Assembly (NCBI RefSeq): GCF_006345805.1
Contig: NC_043007.1
Span: 3,658,001-3,722,000, forward strand
DNA length: 64,000 nt
Direction of reading: 5' to 3'
Source of the DNA: Octopus sinensis
Taxonomy: Eukaryota
Shown here: piece by piece, positions 40,948 through 55,356 of the stretch
Numbering within the stretch: position 1 is the stretch's first letter
Layout of the letters: each line of letters opens with the position of its first letter
Notes under the pieces: generated by a model
Told to the model about the DNA's origin: nothing
The model's database searches: none
Seen by the model: only the letters and a program-made list of their open reading frames with translations
Made by a program: the position numbers and the translations under genes

Positions 40948-41303
40948 TTGGGCAGGTGCCTTCCACAACAGCCCCAGGCTGGGCAGGTGCCTTCCACAAC
41001 AGCCCCAGGCTAGGCAGGTGCCTTCCACAACAGCCCCAGGCTGGGCAGGTGCCTTCCACAACAGCCCCAGGCTGGGCAGGTGCCTTCCACAACAGCCCCA
41101 GGCTGGGCAGGTGCCTTCCACAATAGCCCCAGGCTGGGCAGGTGCCTTCCACAATAGCCCCTGGCTGGGCAGGTGCCTTCCACAATAGCCCCAGGCTGGG
41201 CAGGTGCCTTCCACAATAGCCCCTGGCTGGGCAGGTGCCTTCCACAATAGCCCCGGGCTGGGCAGGTGCCTTCCACAATATACCCAGGCTGGGCAGGTGC
41301 CTT
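40948..41303 (+). repeat. 31-bp GC-rich minisatellite (11 units plus a partial) inside a SINE
   Basis: Unit GGGCAGGTGCCTTCCACAA(C/T)AGCCCCAGGCT at 40950, 40981 ... 41291, homologous to the SINE segment GGGCAAGTGTCTTCTACTATAGCCTTGGGC. Confidence 0.92.
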
Positions 41304-41714
41304 TTCAGCAGAAACTAAAAGGAGCATATAATATAAATGCATGTGTATGTGTATGAGAGAGTGTGTCTCCGCTTGACCTCCAGGTGAAAGTTGTAAATGA
41401 GCATCACAGTTTCATTAATTTCCAATATTCTGGAAAATTATGCCTGACCCTGGGGAAATATTACTTTGCCTGGAAATGGGTGAGGGTTGGTAACAGGATG
41501 GGCATCCGGCCAGAGAAGATCTGTCTCGATATAATTGAATTGACCTGTGCAAGCATGGGAAACTGGATAATAAAAATGATGAATACCTCTACATTGGCCG
41601 AGCTCCAAGACCAATTGATTTGACCTGCATGGATGAAAAGAATCACTTAAATCTGTGCTATATCAGCATATTTTGATATAGAAAATATTTTGGGGCACCA
41701 CAGAATATTTTCTC

Positions 41715-41980
41715 CCTCGCCTGGCCCCCGTGCCGGTGGCACGTAAAAAGCACCATCCGACCGTGGCCTTTTGCCAGCCCCGTCAGGCACTTGTGCCAGT
41801 GGCACGTAAAAAGCAGTCACTAGACTCACGGAGTGGTTGGCATTAGGAAGGGCATCCAGCCGTAGAAACATTGCCAGATCAGACTGGAGCCTGGTGCAGC
41901 CTTCTGGCTTCCTAGACCCCAGTTGACCCGTCCAACCCATTCTAGCATGGAAAGTGGACGCTAAATGATGATGATGATGA
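41715..41980 (+). mobile_element. RTE-type LINE 3' tail
   Basis: Family signature sequence and GATGATGATGAT end. Confidence 0.8.
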
Positions 41981-42380
41981 AGCTCCCACCAGATCTAACA
42001 CCATCATCTGGCACATGGTTGACTCTAGAGGAGTCTACAGTCAAAAGCACTTCAACCAGATCTCTCATCTAAGAACCATAATATATGGGGTCTTGGAGCC
42101 AAATTTGAGGCTGTTTTAGGTTTCCTTTTTTCAGAAACAGCTTGATGTATCGGTGAACAGTCAAAGGTGCTGGAGAGCATAAAGATTAAAAGTTTAAAAG
42201 AAAAAAAAAGCTTGACATGGAGGACTGGAAACCACCTGAATATTGGAAGGGAGATACCTGTATCATTATGATTTGCACTGAGTAGCAAAATGCCAACATC
42301 ATGACTGCTGTTCAAATACTCTGTGAACACTAAAGGCTATAAGACAGGACAAGAACAGCTGCTATGGAAGCTATGAAGCT

Positions 42381-42895
42381 ATGGCCAGCAAGAAGGTGAT
42401 GGTCTTTGGGAGTGTCTCCAGTGAAGGTGATGTCACTCAAGCTCATATATCTGCTGGAATGCCATATGTGGCAGCAGGATTCTTTGCCACACTTCAGGAA
42501 AGAGTCAGAAGTGGTTGTCAGAATTTCTACAACTTAATCAGCCTCAATTTCTGGTCTCCTAATTAACTTCACCTGTAATCCCATGGATTATTATGTATAG
42601 GGTGCAGCTGAGAAAGACACCAACTGTTCTGTGAGCAACACCAAGGCAGTGCCAACAGCCAAGATCAAAGAGGTGTTCAAAGATCTTCCCAAGGATACAA
42701 TGAAGAATGCTTGCACCAAGTTCCAGAGCCATCTTGGTGGACGCTGAGGATGGCTACTCCTCTGATTAAACCGTTATCTCCCAGCCATAACCAAATAGAT
42801 ATTTCTTTTGTTTTAAATACTTTAATTTTTGGATGGGATATTGAATTTTCTTTCCTTTTTATGCAAACTATCGAATTTAGCCCAAACACCCTGTT
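42381..42895 (+). mobile_element. Decayed Tc1/mariner-superfamily transposase fragment
   Basis: Translates to VMVFGSVSSEGDV and FWSPN*...NPMDYYV, resembling the WPPxSPDLNPxD motif. Confidence 0.6.
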
Positions 42896-43157
42896 ATCAA
42901 CTCACCGATTCTTACAGTCACAAACCATGAACCTTGTTTTTCTCCTTCCCTTCGCCAACAAGTTTGAAAGAAAAAAAAAGTCATGGTTGCTTACCCTCCA
43001 TCCTCTGACTAAGCAATTAAAAACAAACATACAACAGTAAACACGTGAGCTAATTATGAAAAAAATTTTCATTTACAATATAACTTAGGACAATAATCTT
43101 TAGAACTGAAATTAGTTCTACATTCAAACAGAATTCCTATATAAAAAAAGATTATGT

Positions 43158-43660
43158 CATCATCACCATCATCGTTGGTTAACGTCCGCTTTCCATGCTG
43201 GCATGGGTTGGACGGTCAGATTGAGGACTAGTGAGCCAGAAGGCTGCACCAGGCTCCAATCTGATCTAGCAAAGTTTCTACAGCTGGATGCCTTTCCTAA
43301 TGCCAACCATTCCAAGAATGTAGTGGGTGCTTTTATGTGCCACCAGCACGAGGGCCAGTCAGGCAGTTCTGGCAACGACCACACTCAAAAGGTGTTTTTT
43401 TTACATGCTACCTGCACGGGAGCCAGTCCGGTGGCATTGGCAATGACCACGCTTGAATCTTGTTTTTTTTCACACGTGCTACCAACACATCTGCCAGTAA
43501 GGCAATGCTGGCAATGATCACGCTTGAATGGTGCTTTTCACATGCCACCGGAATGAGAGCCAATCCGTGGCCCTAGCAACAATCACACTCAGATGGTGCT
43601 TTTAACGTTCCACTGGCACGAGTGCCAATCAGGTGGTACTGTCATTGGCTACGTCAGTGA
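43158..43660 (-). mobile_element. RTE-type LINE 3' tail with subrepeats
   Basis: Reverse-complement family signature; inverted relative to 41715-41980. Confidence 0.8.
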
Positions 43661-44404
43661 TTATATCCAAACACACACAAGAGAACTTTCTAGTCTTATT
43701 GGGGGATAAGACAATATTTATGGAGCTGATGCCATAATAGAGTAGACCCATGATAATCTGTAAAGCGGCTTGCATTAGGAAGAGTACCCAGACACAGAAT
43801 CCATAACTTCTCCCCAGGAATGTATAACTTTTTATTGCCAACATGTAATTGTTAAAGGTTTTTTGAAGACCTGATGTATGTCATCAGTTGCAGGAATCTC
43901 AGACAATAAAGAAGAGACTAATCTATAGGATGAAGAGTTATATTGCTTTGTTAGAACAATGTTTCATTCACAAACACCACCCGAAAAAGGGAAAAAAAAA
44001 ACCAACACTGCCATGACATACAATTCCTCCTACTCAGACCAGACAAAAAGAACAGCAGCTTCATTAACACACAGAAATGCAAAAGAACTGAACAACTGCC
44101 GTTGTCTATCCAACAACCTCTCTCTCTCCCCACCAATATCTGAGGCAGTTCTTCAAACCATGTACTGTAGAGTTTGTCTACGAGCACTACAGACATTTAA
44201 AACAGTTTAAGCTTTTACAAAGTTCGTAATAATAATTCATCTGAAATAATTTTAACATACACAGAAACGATAAAAATAAGATCTACAATTTTTTTTTTTC
44301 CCCTAAATTTTTAACTCTGCAAGGGAACCAAAATTTTGGCTGTTCAATACATCATGAATTTGAGTCATTGATCAAGAGCAGAGGTTTTCAACATGGGTAG
44401 TACC

Positions 44405-44637
44405 TATTTCTTTACTACCCACAAGGGGCTAAACACAGAGGGGACAAACAAGGACAGGCAAAGGGATTAAGTCGATTACATCGACCCCAGTGTGTAACTG
44501 GTACTTAATTTATCGACCCCGAAAGGATGAAAGGCAAAGTTGACCTCGGCGGAATTTGAACTCACAACGTAACAGCAGACGAAATACCACTAAGCATTTT
44601 GCCCGACGTGCTAACGATTCTGCCAGCTCGCTGCCTT
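44405..44637 (-). mobile_element. Full-length Nin/Deu-like SINE with target-site duplication
   Basis: Flanked by ATGGGTAGTACC (44393-44404) and ATGGGCAGTACC (44638-44649); B-box GAGTTCAAATTCC on the minus strand. Confidence 0.85.
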
Positions 44638-45096
44638 ATGGGCAGTACCACTCGCTAGGGGATGCTGAGCAAGTCAAAGGCAATGGTGAGACAACATGAC
44701 ATACTTAAATTTTACCCATAGTAGTAATCATGTTATACATTGTAGAAATAGTAATGGTTATTAAAATAAGATGAGAGCTAAGTAGTGGACTGCTGTTTCT
44801 AGCAGGTAGTAGTAGAATCTACACAGTGGCTCCACCTGATAAAAAAAAATTCTAGCTGGATCTCTTCAGGCACAGACAATTCATTAACTTGCAATGTATA
44901 AAGAAAATTTACAAGTTTTGCCTTTATTAATTTATCATTTCACTGTTAAAAGCTTACAGAATCCATTTTTTTAATAAAATTTATAAATTATCATCCATGT
45001 TTAAGATAGCTTAGTCATAATACCTCAATTGCTACTTAGGTGGGCCATGGAGGTAATGATTACTTAAAAGGGAGCACTACAAAAAAATAAAATTAA

Positions 45097-45495
45097 GGTG
45101 TAGGAGTGGCTGTGTGGTAAGTAGCTTGCTTACGAACCACATGGTTTCGGGTTCAGTCCCACTGCATAGCACCTTGGGCAAGTGTCTTCTGCTATAACCT
45201 CGGGCTGACCAAAGCCTTGTGAGTGGATTTGGTAGACGGAAACTGAAAGAAGCCCGTCATATATATGTATATATATATGTATGTGTGTATATATGTCTGT
45301 ATCTGTTTGTCCCCCCAACATCGCTTGACAACCGATGCTGGTGTGTTTACGTCCCTTTAACTTAGCGGTTCGGCAAAAGACCCGATAGAATAAATACTAG
45401 GCTTACAAAGAATAAGTCCTGGGGTCGATTCGTTCGACTAAAAGGCAGTGCTCCAGCATGGCCACAGTCAAATGACTGAAACAAGTAAAAGAGTA
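45097..45495 (+). mobile_element. Full-length tRNA-derived CORE-like SINE
   Basis: A-box TGGCTGTGTGG, B-box GGTTCAGTCCC, CCTTGGGCAAG motif; at least four copies in the window. Confidence 0.85.
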
Positions 45496-48400
45496 ACCAG
45501 TGGCCAAGAGACAAAAAAAATAGGGAGGGGGGGGGTCTGCCACAATGTACCCCCAAATATTAAAACACTGCATGTCAGAGTGCACAGCGTGGTTTTCAAC
45601 CAGAGAAACATATGGTATACAGGAACACCCAGTGGTGCCATGCACACCAGTTTCAGGGGATCATAGTATGTAGTAAGGAAATAGCAATTGTGCCCTAGGG
45701 CCTTAAATCCTCAGCCATGAGGCTAGGGACACTCATTTAAATACAACCATAAACCACCCAAAAAATGATTGTTTTAACAATTCATTAACATAAGACATAC
45801 TAACTTCATATTAGTTTTTAAATGAACAAATGTGGAATTGAATTGATTAATCATAATAAAGTTTCCACCAAGAAGCCTTAAATATTTCAGATAAATGAGA
45901 CAAGCAGAAGCTCTCAGCTCTGACCAAGCAGACCTAAACCTAGGGTTACAACCATGATCATCCATCTCACCCAGACAGTATAAAGTGCTTCAACCATTAT
46001 ATATATATATAATAATAATATTAGGGAGTATAACTCCAAACTTACAGGGGAAAATTCAATTTAGTATTAAATCAAATTTCACAGTATAAATATATAAAAT
46101 ATGAATTAGAGATAAAACCACTATTATGCAACTCAAACATATATATATATATATTACTTGATTTTAGTAAATGCAATTTGAGAGAGAGTTGATATTTTTC
46201 CTAGCAGGTGTTACTTCCCTCCTTGGCTTCAAGTTAAAGGAATTTGGTTGGAAGAAACTCGTAATCCATTTTGGCAGTAAGATCTGTATTGGAACACAAA
46301 GCCACAAAGTTTGTGTGTGTGTGCAAGTGAGAGCAAGTGTGTGAATGAGAGCAAGTAAGAGCGAGTGTGTGAATGAATGTGTGAATGAGAGCGAGTGAGA
46401 GAGCAAGTATGTGTGTGTGTGTGTGTGCAAGAGTGCGAGTATGTGTGTGTGCGAGAGAGAGAGAGAGAGAGAGTGTCAATTGACCCCGAGTTACTCCTCC
46501 GATATTCATCTTTTTAACCGAATTCTATTTTATAGTTTCGAATCTAATTCACATCAGAAGAAAAATTGATAATTAGCCATTTAAGACAAATGAAAAAAAT
46601 ATTCCAAGGGAGGTAACTACTGCCAACCTAAAAATTCGAATGGTCGAACGATTTTACAGAACATTTTTTTCGTCTTGCGACGAGGTTCTTCTATAAAGTT
46701 TAAATAGACATTAGATAATTCCTTACTTCATATAAAACTGACCCTTTCCAAGAACCTTTAATACTAAATTAGCCGATCCCAACTACAGAATAAAATAACT
46801 AAGTAAAAATTAGTTTCGTGCTGAGGATGAGTCATCGTGACGCATATTAAAAGTCACGTACTCTTACACGTACCCTGTTAACACCCCGATATGAAACGTA
46901 AACTAAATTACAGTTCTTAGGGTCACTCGATCTGCTAAACACAGCATCGAAATTTTCAGTCAAGGCTTTCTCAAAAACGAAGGGCGTATGTATAAGCCCT
47001 TGATACACCCTATTTAAAAGAACGGGGTGGTCACGAAGAAAAAGCCTTTGCCCCGATTAGGGGCTAAACTAATAAGGATACTGTGTGCTTCCTTTATACA
47101 AATACATAAGTTCAACACAGGAAATCTACGTGGGTGTTAGTCTTGCAAGAAACAGCAATAAAATCTTTAAATCACACCCTATTATAGCTAAAAGCAAATA
47201 AAATAAAGGAAGGACAGAGTGGACAATGTAATTCTAGGAGACAAATATTTGGGATGGTCACACCTTCATTAATAGATATTCTCAAATAAGAAGAACTGGC
47301 CAGCGAATTGAAACTGGTTTCGTTTCCCGGTGGTGGCCAACTGACGTAGCATCGATTTAGGAGTTATTTCTTGTTATGTATAGATTTGAGGCCATGTGTG
47401 AATATAAAGAAATCGATATTGCCGTGACGTGCTTTAAAACTATTTTCCTATACTATCGCTTTTTGCTTATTTATACCATTTAAATTCATTGATTTCCACT
47501 TATCTCGCATATTTTCGGCTTACAAGCAAGCAGGCAGGCATATACCTGAAAACTAGGGTTGCAGATTCACCTGTACTACTACATTTGAACATCTTATATC
47601 AGTCTTCTTCAGATCTTCCTCTAAAGTTAAGAAAATTGAGATAATTCTTTAGGAATCATTTTTGAAATGATTGCTGATAGAATTATCAACTACGTCCATC
47701 AAATGTGAATATTTTCAGAAAGAAACTATTTTGGTCAAATAGAACATACATTAAATAACTATAATCTATACGATTCTGCACTGCTTTTAGGGAAACGGAC
47801 ACGTTGTTATCACAATGGCAGTTACATAATGCCGTGTCAACAAGCAGAACTCGATTTTAGGGAATAACATTATTATTCATTCATTCTCTTGATTTGTTAA
47901 TTAGTGAAAGACAACGACGGGGTTAATTTGCCACCGAAAGAGACTTTGGGCAAGTTAAAACGAATATGCTACAAGTGAATCCGAAAGCAATGTTATAATG
48001 GTAAATGCTTGTTCAATCAATACATTAGGCATTCCTGAGGGGGAAAATGGAATTTTGAGGGTGTGTTAAGTAGGGGTGGATGCTGAAGCAATTTTCTTCA
48101 TCTCCAAAAGCATTGGCAAGGTGAATGAAAAATACTTTGAACTAGGAATCCAAACGAAGTCGTTAGCACTGATAACCTTGTTTCTTATTTTTCAAAAATG
48201 CCAATTTCGAATTTCACAAAGTTAAAGAATTTCTTTGTCCTTTGGCAATATATTAGAAAATGGATTGTAGCTTCTCAATCCATTACAATATATATATATA
48301 TATAGATTTATAAAGTGAGGACTTATAAATTTTTCAAATATCGTTGCCATCTTAGTCTTCTTGACTGGCAACGATAAAAAAAAAATGTCCTTGTTCTACC

Positions 48401-51400
48401 ATTAATTATAGGATACCCGCCAAACATCCTTTAGAATCACACTTTATAAATAATCACATTAATATATTGTCTAATGCCATTTGCATTTTAGTAGTTAAGC
48501 CATCATAGGTTAGATATATAAAAAGCAGGTCTAAGTAGTGGAATGTATTAATGTAGAGAAGCTAACAGGTCTTAAGTGGTGTTAGAAATGACATTGTCAT
48601 CCGAAATTCATTGGTGACAAATAATAATGCATTAGAATGCTTAGTAACAAAGCTTCGAGGGGAAAAAAAGAAAAGAAAAAGAAACTTCCTATTTTAAACA
48701 GTGCAAGAAAACACCTCCGGGAGAAATACTTAGTAGTTTCGTCAGAGGCTTACAGTTGCATACATTTTTTTCTGTTCAGTCTACAGTTGTGCGTGCGAAC
48801 CAACCTTGAAACTAATATATACACAAGCACTTGCTTATTATTAATTATTCCCACCAACACTTCCGTCAACTTATTTTATAGTTATGTGATACATTTTAGA
48901 AGCAGTGCATTGGCACTTTTGAAGGCAGAACATAAGAGCTTATTAGACTTTTTCAAATAACGGAGAGAATGAAGTACAGGCTTAGCATAGGCGAAGGATG
49001 TAAAATGTCTCTCAAGGCCATGTTTTGCAAAACTGTCACCGAAGCAGACGTGTCTACTTGACTATGAAGTCCAATTAGAAGAAACACACATCGCATAACA
49101 CTCGACGATGGGGGAAAAAATGTCAAAAGCAGTCAGTTTCATTTGACAAGCAATAAACTAGATCTGCATTAGATACAGTTTAACCTCAGGTCACATTTAA
49201 ACAAGCAGACTAATTACCAAAGGCGTTCCAGACAGGAGCACCATATCTTTAAAGATATTTAAAAACATTATGAAACTGTTTTTTTTTTTTTTTGAAGACG
49301 GTAAAATATGATTTGAAAGAAATTTGGCTGCTCTTTCTAGCAGCTCGATCGGCCACGTAGGACAGGGGTGGGTAACTCCTCGTCAACATGTCTTACCATG
49401 TAATACCACCATGTCTTTTAAAAGACCAAAGAGAGAAAACAAAGCTATTCTAACCTATGAATCTATAACATTAAAGCTTCGTTATTTTCCCTGGGCATAA
49501 AGTGAGCCACCACAGGTGTTTATACATTTCTAATTCACCCCGTTGGTTCTCAAATGATTCTCCACCCCCGACAGGTTCATGCTGGCAACAAACATACAAC
49601 ATAACTCCAAGCTCATGTTCTTGAATCTTTTTAAACGTTAAACAAATCAACACTTCCAGCAATGGATTGTATTCAAACTACATGTATTTTCTAACGGAAA
49701 GAAACATTCGATTGATTTGATTCCACTATTTTTACGTTTTTTATCGCCAATAAAATAAGCATACATCAACCTATATACATACACACATAGAGGCAAAAAT
49801 ATTTATAATTCAAATTGGCGTAGACACAGTAGTAATGTATTCTTCAGAGCAATTGTAATAAGAACGTTGATGAAAACTAAATTTAGATTCAACAGGAAAT
49901 TGATAAAACAGGGTGTCATTATCAACAGAGTATCATAATAATTAGGCAGAAAGAGGGGGTTCAATGGGAATACAAGTCATGAAACACTGGAAAGAAGTGA
50001 CATTTAGGAAGTTTGGCAGGCAAATTATCGCTTTAATTTCACACCGGATACAAGTGAAAGTAGAGGCGAGGAAAATATCTCGATCGAACACAGAATGGTG
50101 GGTTTATTATGTTTTTAGAGGAGGTTTAGCCCTAGGTCATCTGTTGAGATCAAACCTATTTATGATTAAAGGGGGTCAAAACGTGACCATGTATTCCGTT
50201 TTGTATATTTATATAAATATGTACCTACATTATTCAATATATATTCCTTTTGCCCTTTTAATAAGCTATGATACGCTTTGAGTAGGATTTTACTGACATT
50301 TCTAGCAGGGCGATCGACCATGTAGAGGCTTTTTTGGCACGTCACCTTCAAAGAATGTGTCTCCCCACATTCAATATAAATCTCTGACTGCTTCGGATTC
50401 CAAAACCAACAAAATGCCACATAAACTGGAATACTTAAACAATAAAGTGAAAACACCAGCGAATGAAGAAGTATTTCTTTTTCGTTTTTAAATTCCAGTC
50501 GCTAGATATAATAGCTGAATATCCCTCAAAGTCATTCAAACTATTAAATCTAATGTCGAACACATTGAATAATGGAGTGGGATATGCTCTTAAAAAAATA
50601 CAGGATAGTCACGTCTGGAACGCTTATAATCAAGACTGATTTCGTAAATAAACAATCGAATAACATAATGTGTTAAAACTAATAAAATTGCTCGATCGGT
50701 GTTGCTCATACGAGTATAAACACGAATAGCTTTAGAAATGTGTGTCAATACATATTTCATAGCTGATGTCACACAAGACACAAACACAGAAGCAGGGCTC
50801 CAGCATGGGCTTGTTAGCAAATAAAAAGGCGAAGTTAAACATCTATACACACACACGTTGATGTAAACAACCGTGTATAATGTGGGTGTATAAATACACA
50901 CACATACATGTATGTATGTATATAATGTAGCAGCTATTCGTTTGAATGAGTGAGGAAGCTATGTTGGGCCAGTCTTTTGTTCCCAGGCAGACACCGCAGT
51001 AAAACATGTGAATTATTTATCATTCAACATTGTGTTGGCATAGAATCGAAATGACATTAACAGAATAGGAAATAATAAAATCCTTTGAGATATCAAACAA
51101 GTGTTTTAGACATCACGGGATATAACAGAATACATAAATTACATTTCTTTTTTCTTCTACTAAAACAAGTGCTCACAAACAATATTCATGTAAAAATAGA
51201 AATGTATAATCGCACACACACATAATGTAGATCTATTCTATACTTTATATTTAACGTTTTCAGAATTATAAAAAAAAAAAAGAGAAAAGCTGATATATTT
51301 TTGGAGATATGGAAACCGATTATCAGATACAGAGGCAAGCATTTCTTTAAATTCCTCCACACAGGTGTAGCTACATAAATACCCCCCAGAGACAAACATG

Positions 51401-52305
51401 TAGAGAGAGAAAGAGAGATAAAAATTACATTGCAAGCCAAAACTATCATCTATCCTCCCTCACTATAATTATATCTACTAAGAAATAATTCAAACACATA
51501 AAGCAATTTTTACATTAAACCATTACACACACGCAATTTCTTTTTTTTTTTCCCCAATTGATCATCATTCATTACACCTGAAAATTGAGGTATGCATTAA
51601 AAGAAAGTTTAAAATACATTCATATCTTGGATTTTTTTTCTGTTAGTCAATCACTTAAAAACGTTTAGAAATAAATTAAAAATTAAAAAGGGGAAGAAAG
51701 AAAATTGGGGAACAAGTTTTACATGAAAAATCAAAGCATTAAACCTTCATTACACACACACCTTTCTTCAATTAAAGCACCATTCATTAAATCACACCTG
51801 AAAGCTGAGGTATGCATTGAAAGAGAAACTAAAAGAAAATAATAATAAGCTGAAATGCATTCATATCAAAAACAGAACATTTTTTGGGGCTACACCTGAC
51901 TTCAAATACAAAAACAGAAAACATGGAAAAAATGAAATTCAAAATCAAAATAATAAAAAGGGTGAGAGAGGAAAATGGTTTTGCGGGGGGGAAGGAATTG
52001 TTTTAGATTTTTGCACGCTGCCAGACAATTTTTTTTGCACAGACTTACCGTCTGTCGGTCGTAAACAAGATAGGAATCGTGACATTAAGAGAGAGGAGGT
52101 CCAATTAAATTTATAATTATTTTGCTTTGGTCTTTTCTCTTTTTCTTCGCTATTATTTTTACTTCAGTCTTCTCGATTCGATCCGATAGAGATGTAGGAT
52201 GCAATTATAGATGTTGGGTTTTCTTTTAGTTAAAAAGAATTTGTTAGAACGAGTAGAAAGAGATGCCAACGAGAGGCGGCAGAAATGGAATTTTGGATAA
52301 CTCAC

Positions 52306-52480
52306 TTCTACTACTGTAGCTGAGATAGAAAGACTAAAAGGTGTAGCAGTGCGCGACTTCGCTGCTGATAAATATTGTAGTGCAATAAGATGAGGGAGAA
52401 GTCATGCTACAGGTTTTATATAGCACAGCAACATATTACTATAAATAGACAGAAAAATTTCGACGTTGGCCATTGGTTCA
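52306..52480 (-). promoter_or_regulatory. Candidate distal TATA promoter and 86-nt non-coding first exon (P3)
   Basis: Minus strand: CCAAT (52472-52476), MEF2 consensus CTATAAATAG (52439-52448), TATATAAAA (52414-52422), initiator-like TCA with +1 at 52391 (31 nt from TATA), donor GAA|GTGAGT at 52305. Confidence 0.6.
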
Positions 52481-53104
52481 CAGCTCTTGATAAAACGCAA
52501 TTGTTGTCGATTTTGAGATAAATGAAAAATTATTAATTCGGAAATGTTTAGATCTTTGTATAGGTGTATATATAATTTGGGTACATACAGGTGTGTGTAT
52601 ATATATATATATTATATACATACACTTATATATATATATATATATACACAAATATAAAGAAGGTAGAAAGGTATTAGTAATAACTTTAAATAGAAAAAAA
52701 TTCGATTCTCAAAAATATTTTCAATAAAATATTTGTCATACCCCATTGTACATTCTTCAATGTCTAGTTACATGCACCATGCCCTATCTATAACTAAAAA
52801 GATTTTTTATTTTGAATATTCTTTTAAAATCTCCTTTAGGCTTGCAGAAATTGTAATGAACAATAAAACCCAAACGGTTTCTCTCAATCGATTCCTTGTT
52901 TAATTTACAGGAATTAATTTCGGACATTTGTTTATCATTTCACAAGGTTTTTTTTTTTTTAATTATGAAGGAAGACATTTGGTAAAATAAAATATTTTTT
53001 TTAATGTGTAGCTGTCCTAGTTACCATGTTATAAATATGCTTCCCAGTGCTGTGCGCACACTGAGGGCTTGCCAGTGTCCCATAGGCTTTAGGGCCCCTA
53101 TGCT

Positions 53105-53276
53105 CAGGGCCGTTTTAGCAGTATTATAGGCCCCTGAGCAAATCAATACATAAGGTCCTATAATTCTTTTTATTTAGTGACAGCAATCTATTGCATACAT
53201 AGATTACAATTGGTCCCCTTAACTCTTGAGGACCCAGGGTAACTGCCCAAAATGCCTATGCCTTAAGGCGGCTCTG
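53105..53276. mobile_element. hAT-type MITE with 8-bp target-site duplication
   Basis: TIRs CAGGGCCGTTTTA and TAAGGCGGCTCTG; flanks CCTATGCT and CCTATACT. Confidence 0.75.
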
Positions 53277-55356
53277 CCTATACTAATTCATACAAGCCGA
53301 GATTTATTTTCTTTTTAGGTAGAAATAATTTTTATTTATACTTAAATATATACATTAGAGTGAGAAGGAAAAGAAAATCCACCACTTTAGGTTGAAACTT
53401 TTGAGGCGCTGGGAAACCTTTCAGATTCGAGAGCATTTCTTCGTCTAGTGGGTGGTTGGGATTGGAAAATGTTTGATACTGTTAAGGCCTCCCCCGATTC
53501 CCATTTCAATAAAGATTAATTTTGGAAGACTCGATTCGGAATTATTTTTCCTTTTTTCATTTCGAACATACAGACTTATACTTTAATAAATTAGTTTTCA
53601 TTAACACTAAATATTACACGCTGGGAAAAGAGTAGAAAGAAATATAAATTTATATCAACCACCTTTTCAATAATTCGTCCATTAATTACGAAGAAAGAGG
53701 AGAAGGACGGAGATTATTATCCCAGTTCTGTGCACAACCCAATACAATTTATGAACTTCGATCTCAATTCTATGTGCCTCTAGTAGCAGTAGCAGGGAGT
53801 GCGATGAGGCCCTTTTGATACCCTTATTTTAATTAACGGGCTTGGTAGGTATCATCTGTAAGTGCCACGGGTGCTCCAGCACTGGGACTTGAGAAGAGGC
53901 CCATGAATAGTATTTTGTTTCCCTGTGAGAGTGGGGGATTACTTATTCAGGACAACACCCAGTTCTGAACATCTTAAGAGGGACCTTTTTTTACAGCGGC
54001 ACCCGTTGGCGACTTCCCTCCATTTTTTGCTCTGCCTCTGGTAAAACCCAAATATTCAACAACTGTCAATGAAAAGTTATCACAGCACTTCTCATCTTAT
54101 AACTTTTTAAACACATTCCAGTATATCTTCATAGTCTGGATAATGTTTGTACTCTTAAGTCTACATTTAAACCGTTCTATCAGTGTATCTCATCCTTCTG
54201 AAAATGGCACGAACTCAAGTTCCATTCAACTTTCCTCTCATATTATCCAACCCACATCTCTGTCGATTTATACTTCTTACTTTAAACTTTATGCGGTATT
54301 AAACTGCTACATTATCTATCAACTTCAGTAGATGACTTAAAAGATAAACACCAGTTATGATGTTGATGTCCTATATATATATATGGTAAACACAATGGTC
54401 ATAGGATGTTTTTGTAGGTGTTGCCCCATACCTCAATGTAGTTTGCCGATAAAATAGCTAAATAATGGATCTTTTCAAAAGATCCATTTCTTTTCCTCGG
54501 TCGCAACTAGCATTCGGCTTTTCCCTGACGCATGGCCTCCAAATTCGTAAGCCTCTCGAATGTGGTGCGGATCCGTTGTGGATTCCTCTTGCCATTATAG
54601 TGCTGGCCGCCTTCCAGGTCATCCCGCCCTTAACAAAATTATAAACCATGGCCTAAACGCCGCAGGTTTCTCTTCCCAGCTCGAACCAGCGGGACGAGAC
54701 CGAGGGGACGGTAAAATTGTTTAATTTACAACTTCCAAAAGCGATATTTTGTTGTTCAAATTTAATGATAATTTCAGTCAAACCAGTTTCAATTTTTTTC
54801 AGTAACTCTGATAAATTACAAAAATCTGGATTATAGAACGGGAGTTATACAAATGGAGACATACTGAATATCAGCATAACCTAGTTCGTAATAACTTTTT
54901 CTGTACCAGAAACCTCAACAGTTCGGGTTTCAAATGCTTCATAATCGAGTGTCAAATTACAGAGCTCAGAAGAAGGAAGGAAAATAACTTCTCCCGCAAA
55001 TCCAACATCAGCAAAAAAGAAAAACCCGCCTCTTGACAAATTATGACATTGAATTCCTAAGTATCGTGTTATAACGTGTATAAGGAACCCTCAAATTTTG
55101 GGGGCTTAAAATTTGGAAAATAGGTTTTGTAAGGGATTATAATACTATCCATGTATAAGAAACTCATATATTTTAACCTAAGGGTTCCTTATACAAGTTA
55201 AAATGTAATACTTTCCCTGGGAGCGAAGTGAGGTTATAAACTCACACTCACACGTTTTTATTAATAATCGGCTGAAGTTGGGAGTGACTCAAAGGCCGAG
55301 AGTTTCGTGCGGTGGCATTTAATCACCAGACACACACACTCACACATTGATATATA

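Noticed and set aside
40897-41342. Overlapping ~110-aa ORFs
   Set aside because: Translations of the 31-bp minisatellite.
54458-54649. GC-rich 63-aa ORF
   Set aside because: No recognisable domain or splice context; possibly a decayed retroelement.
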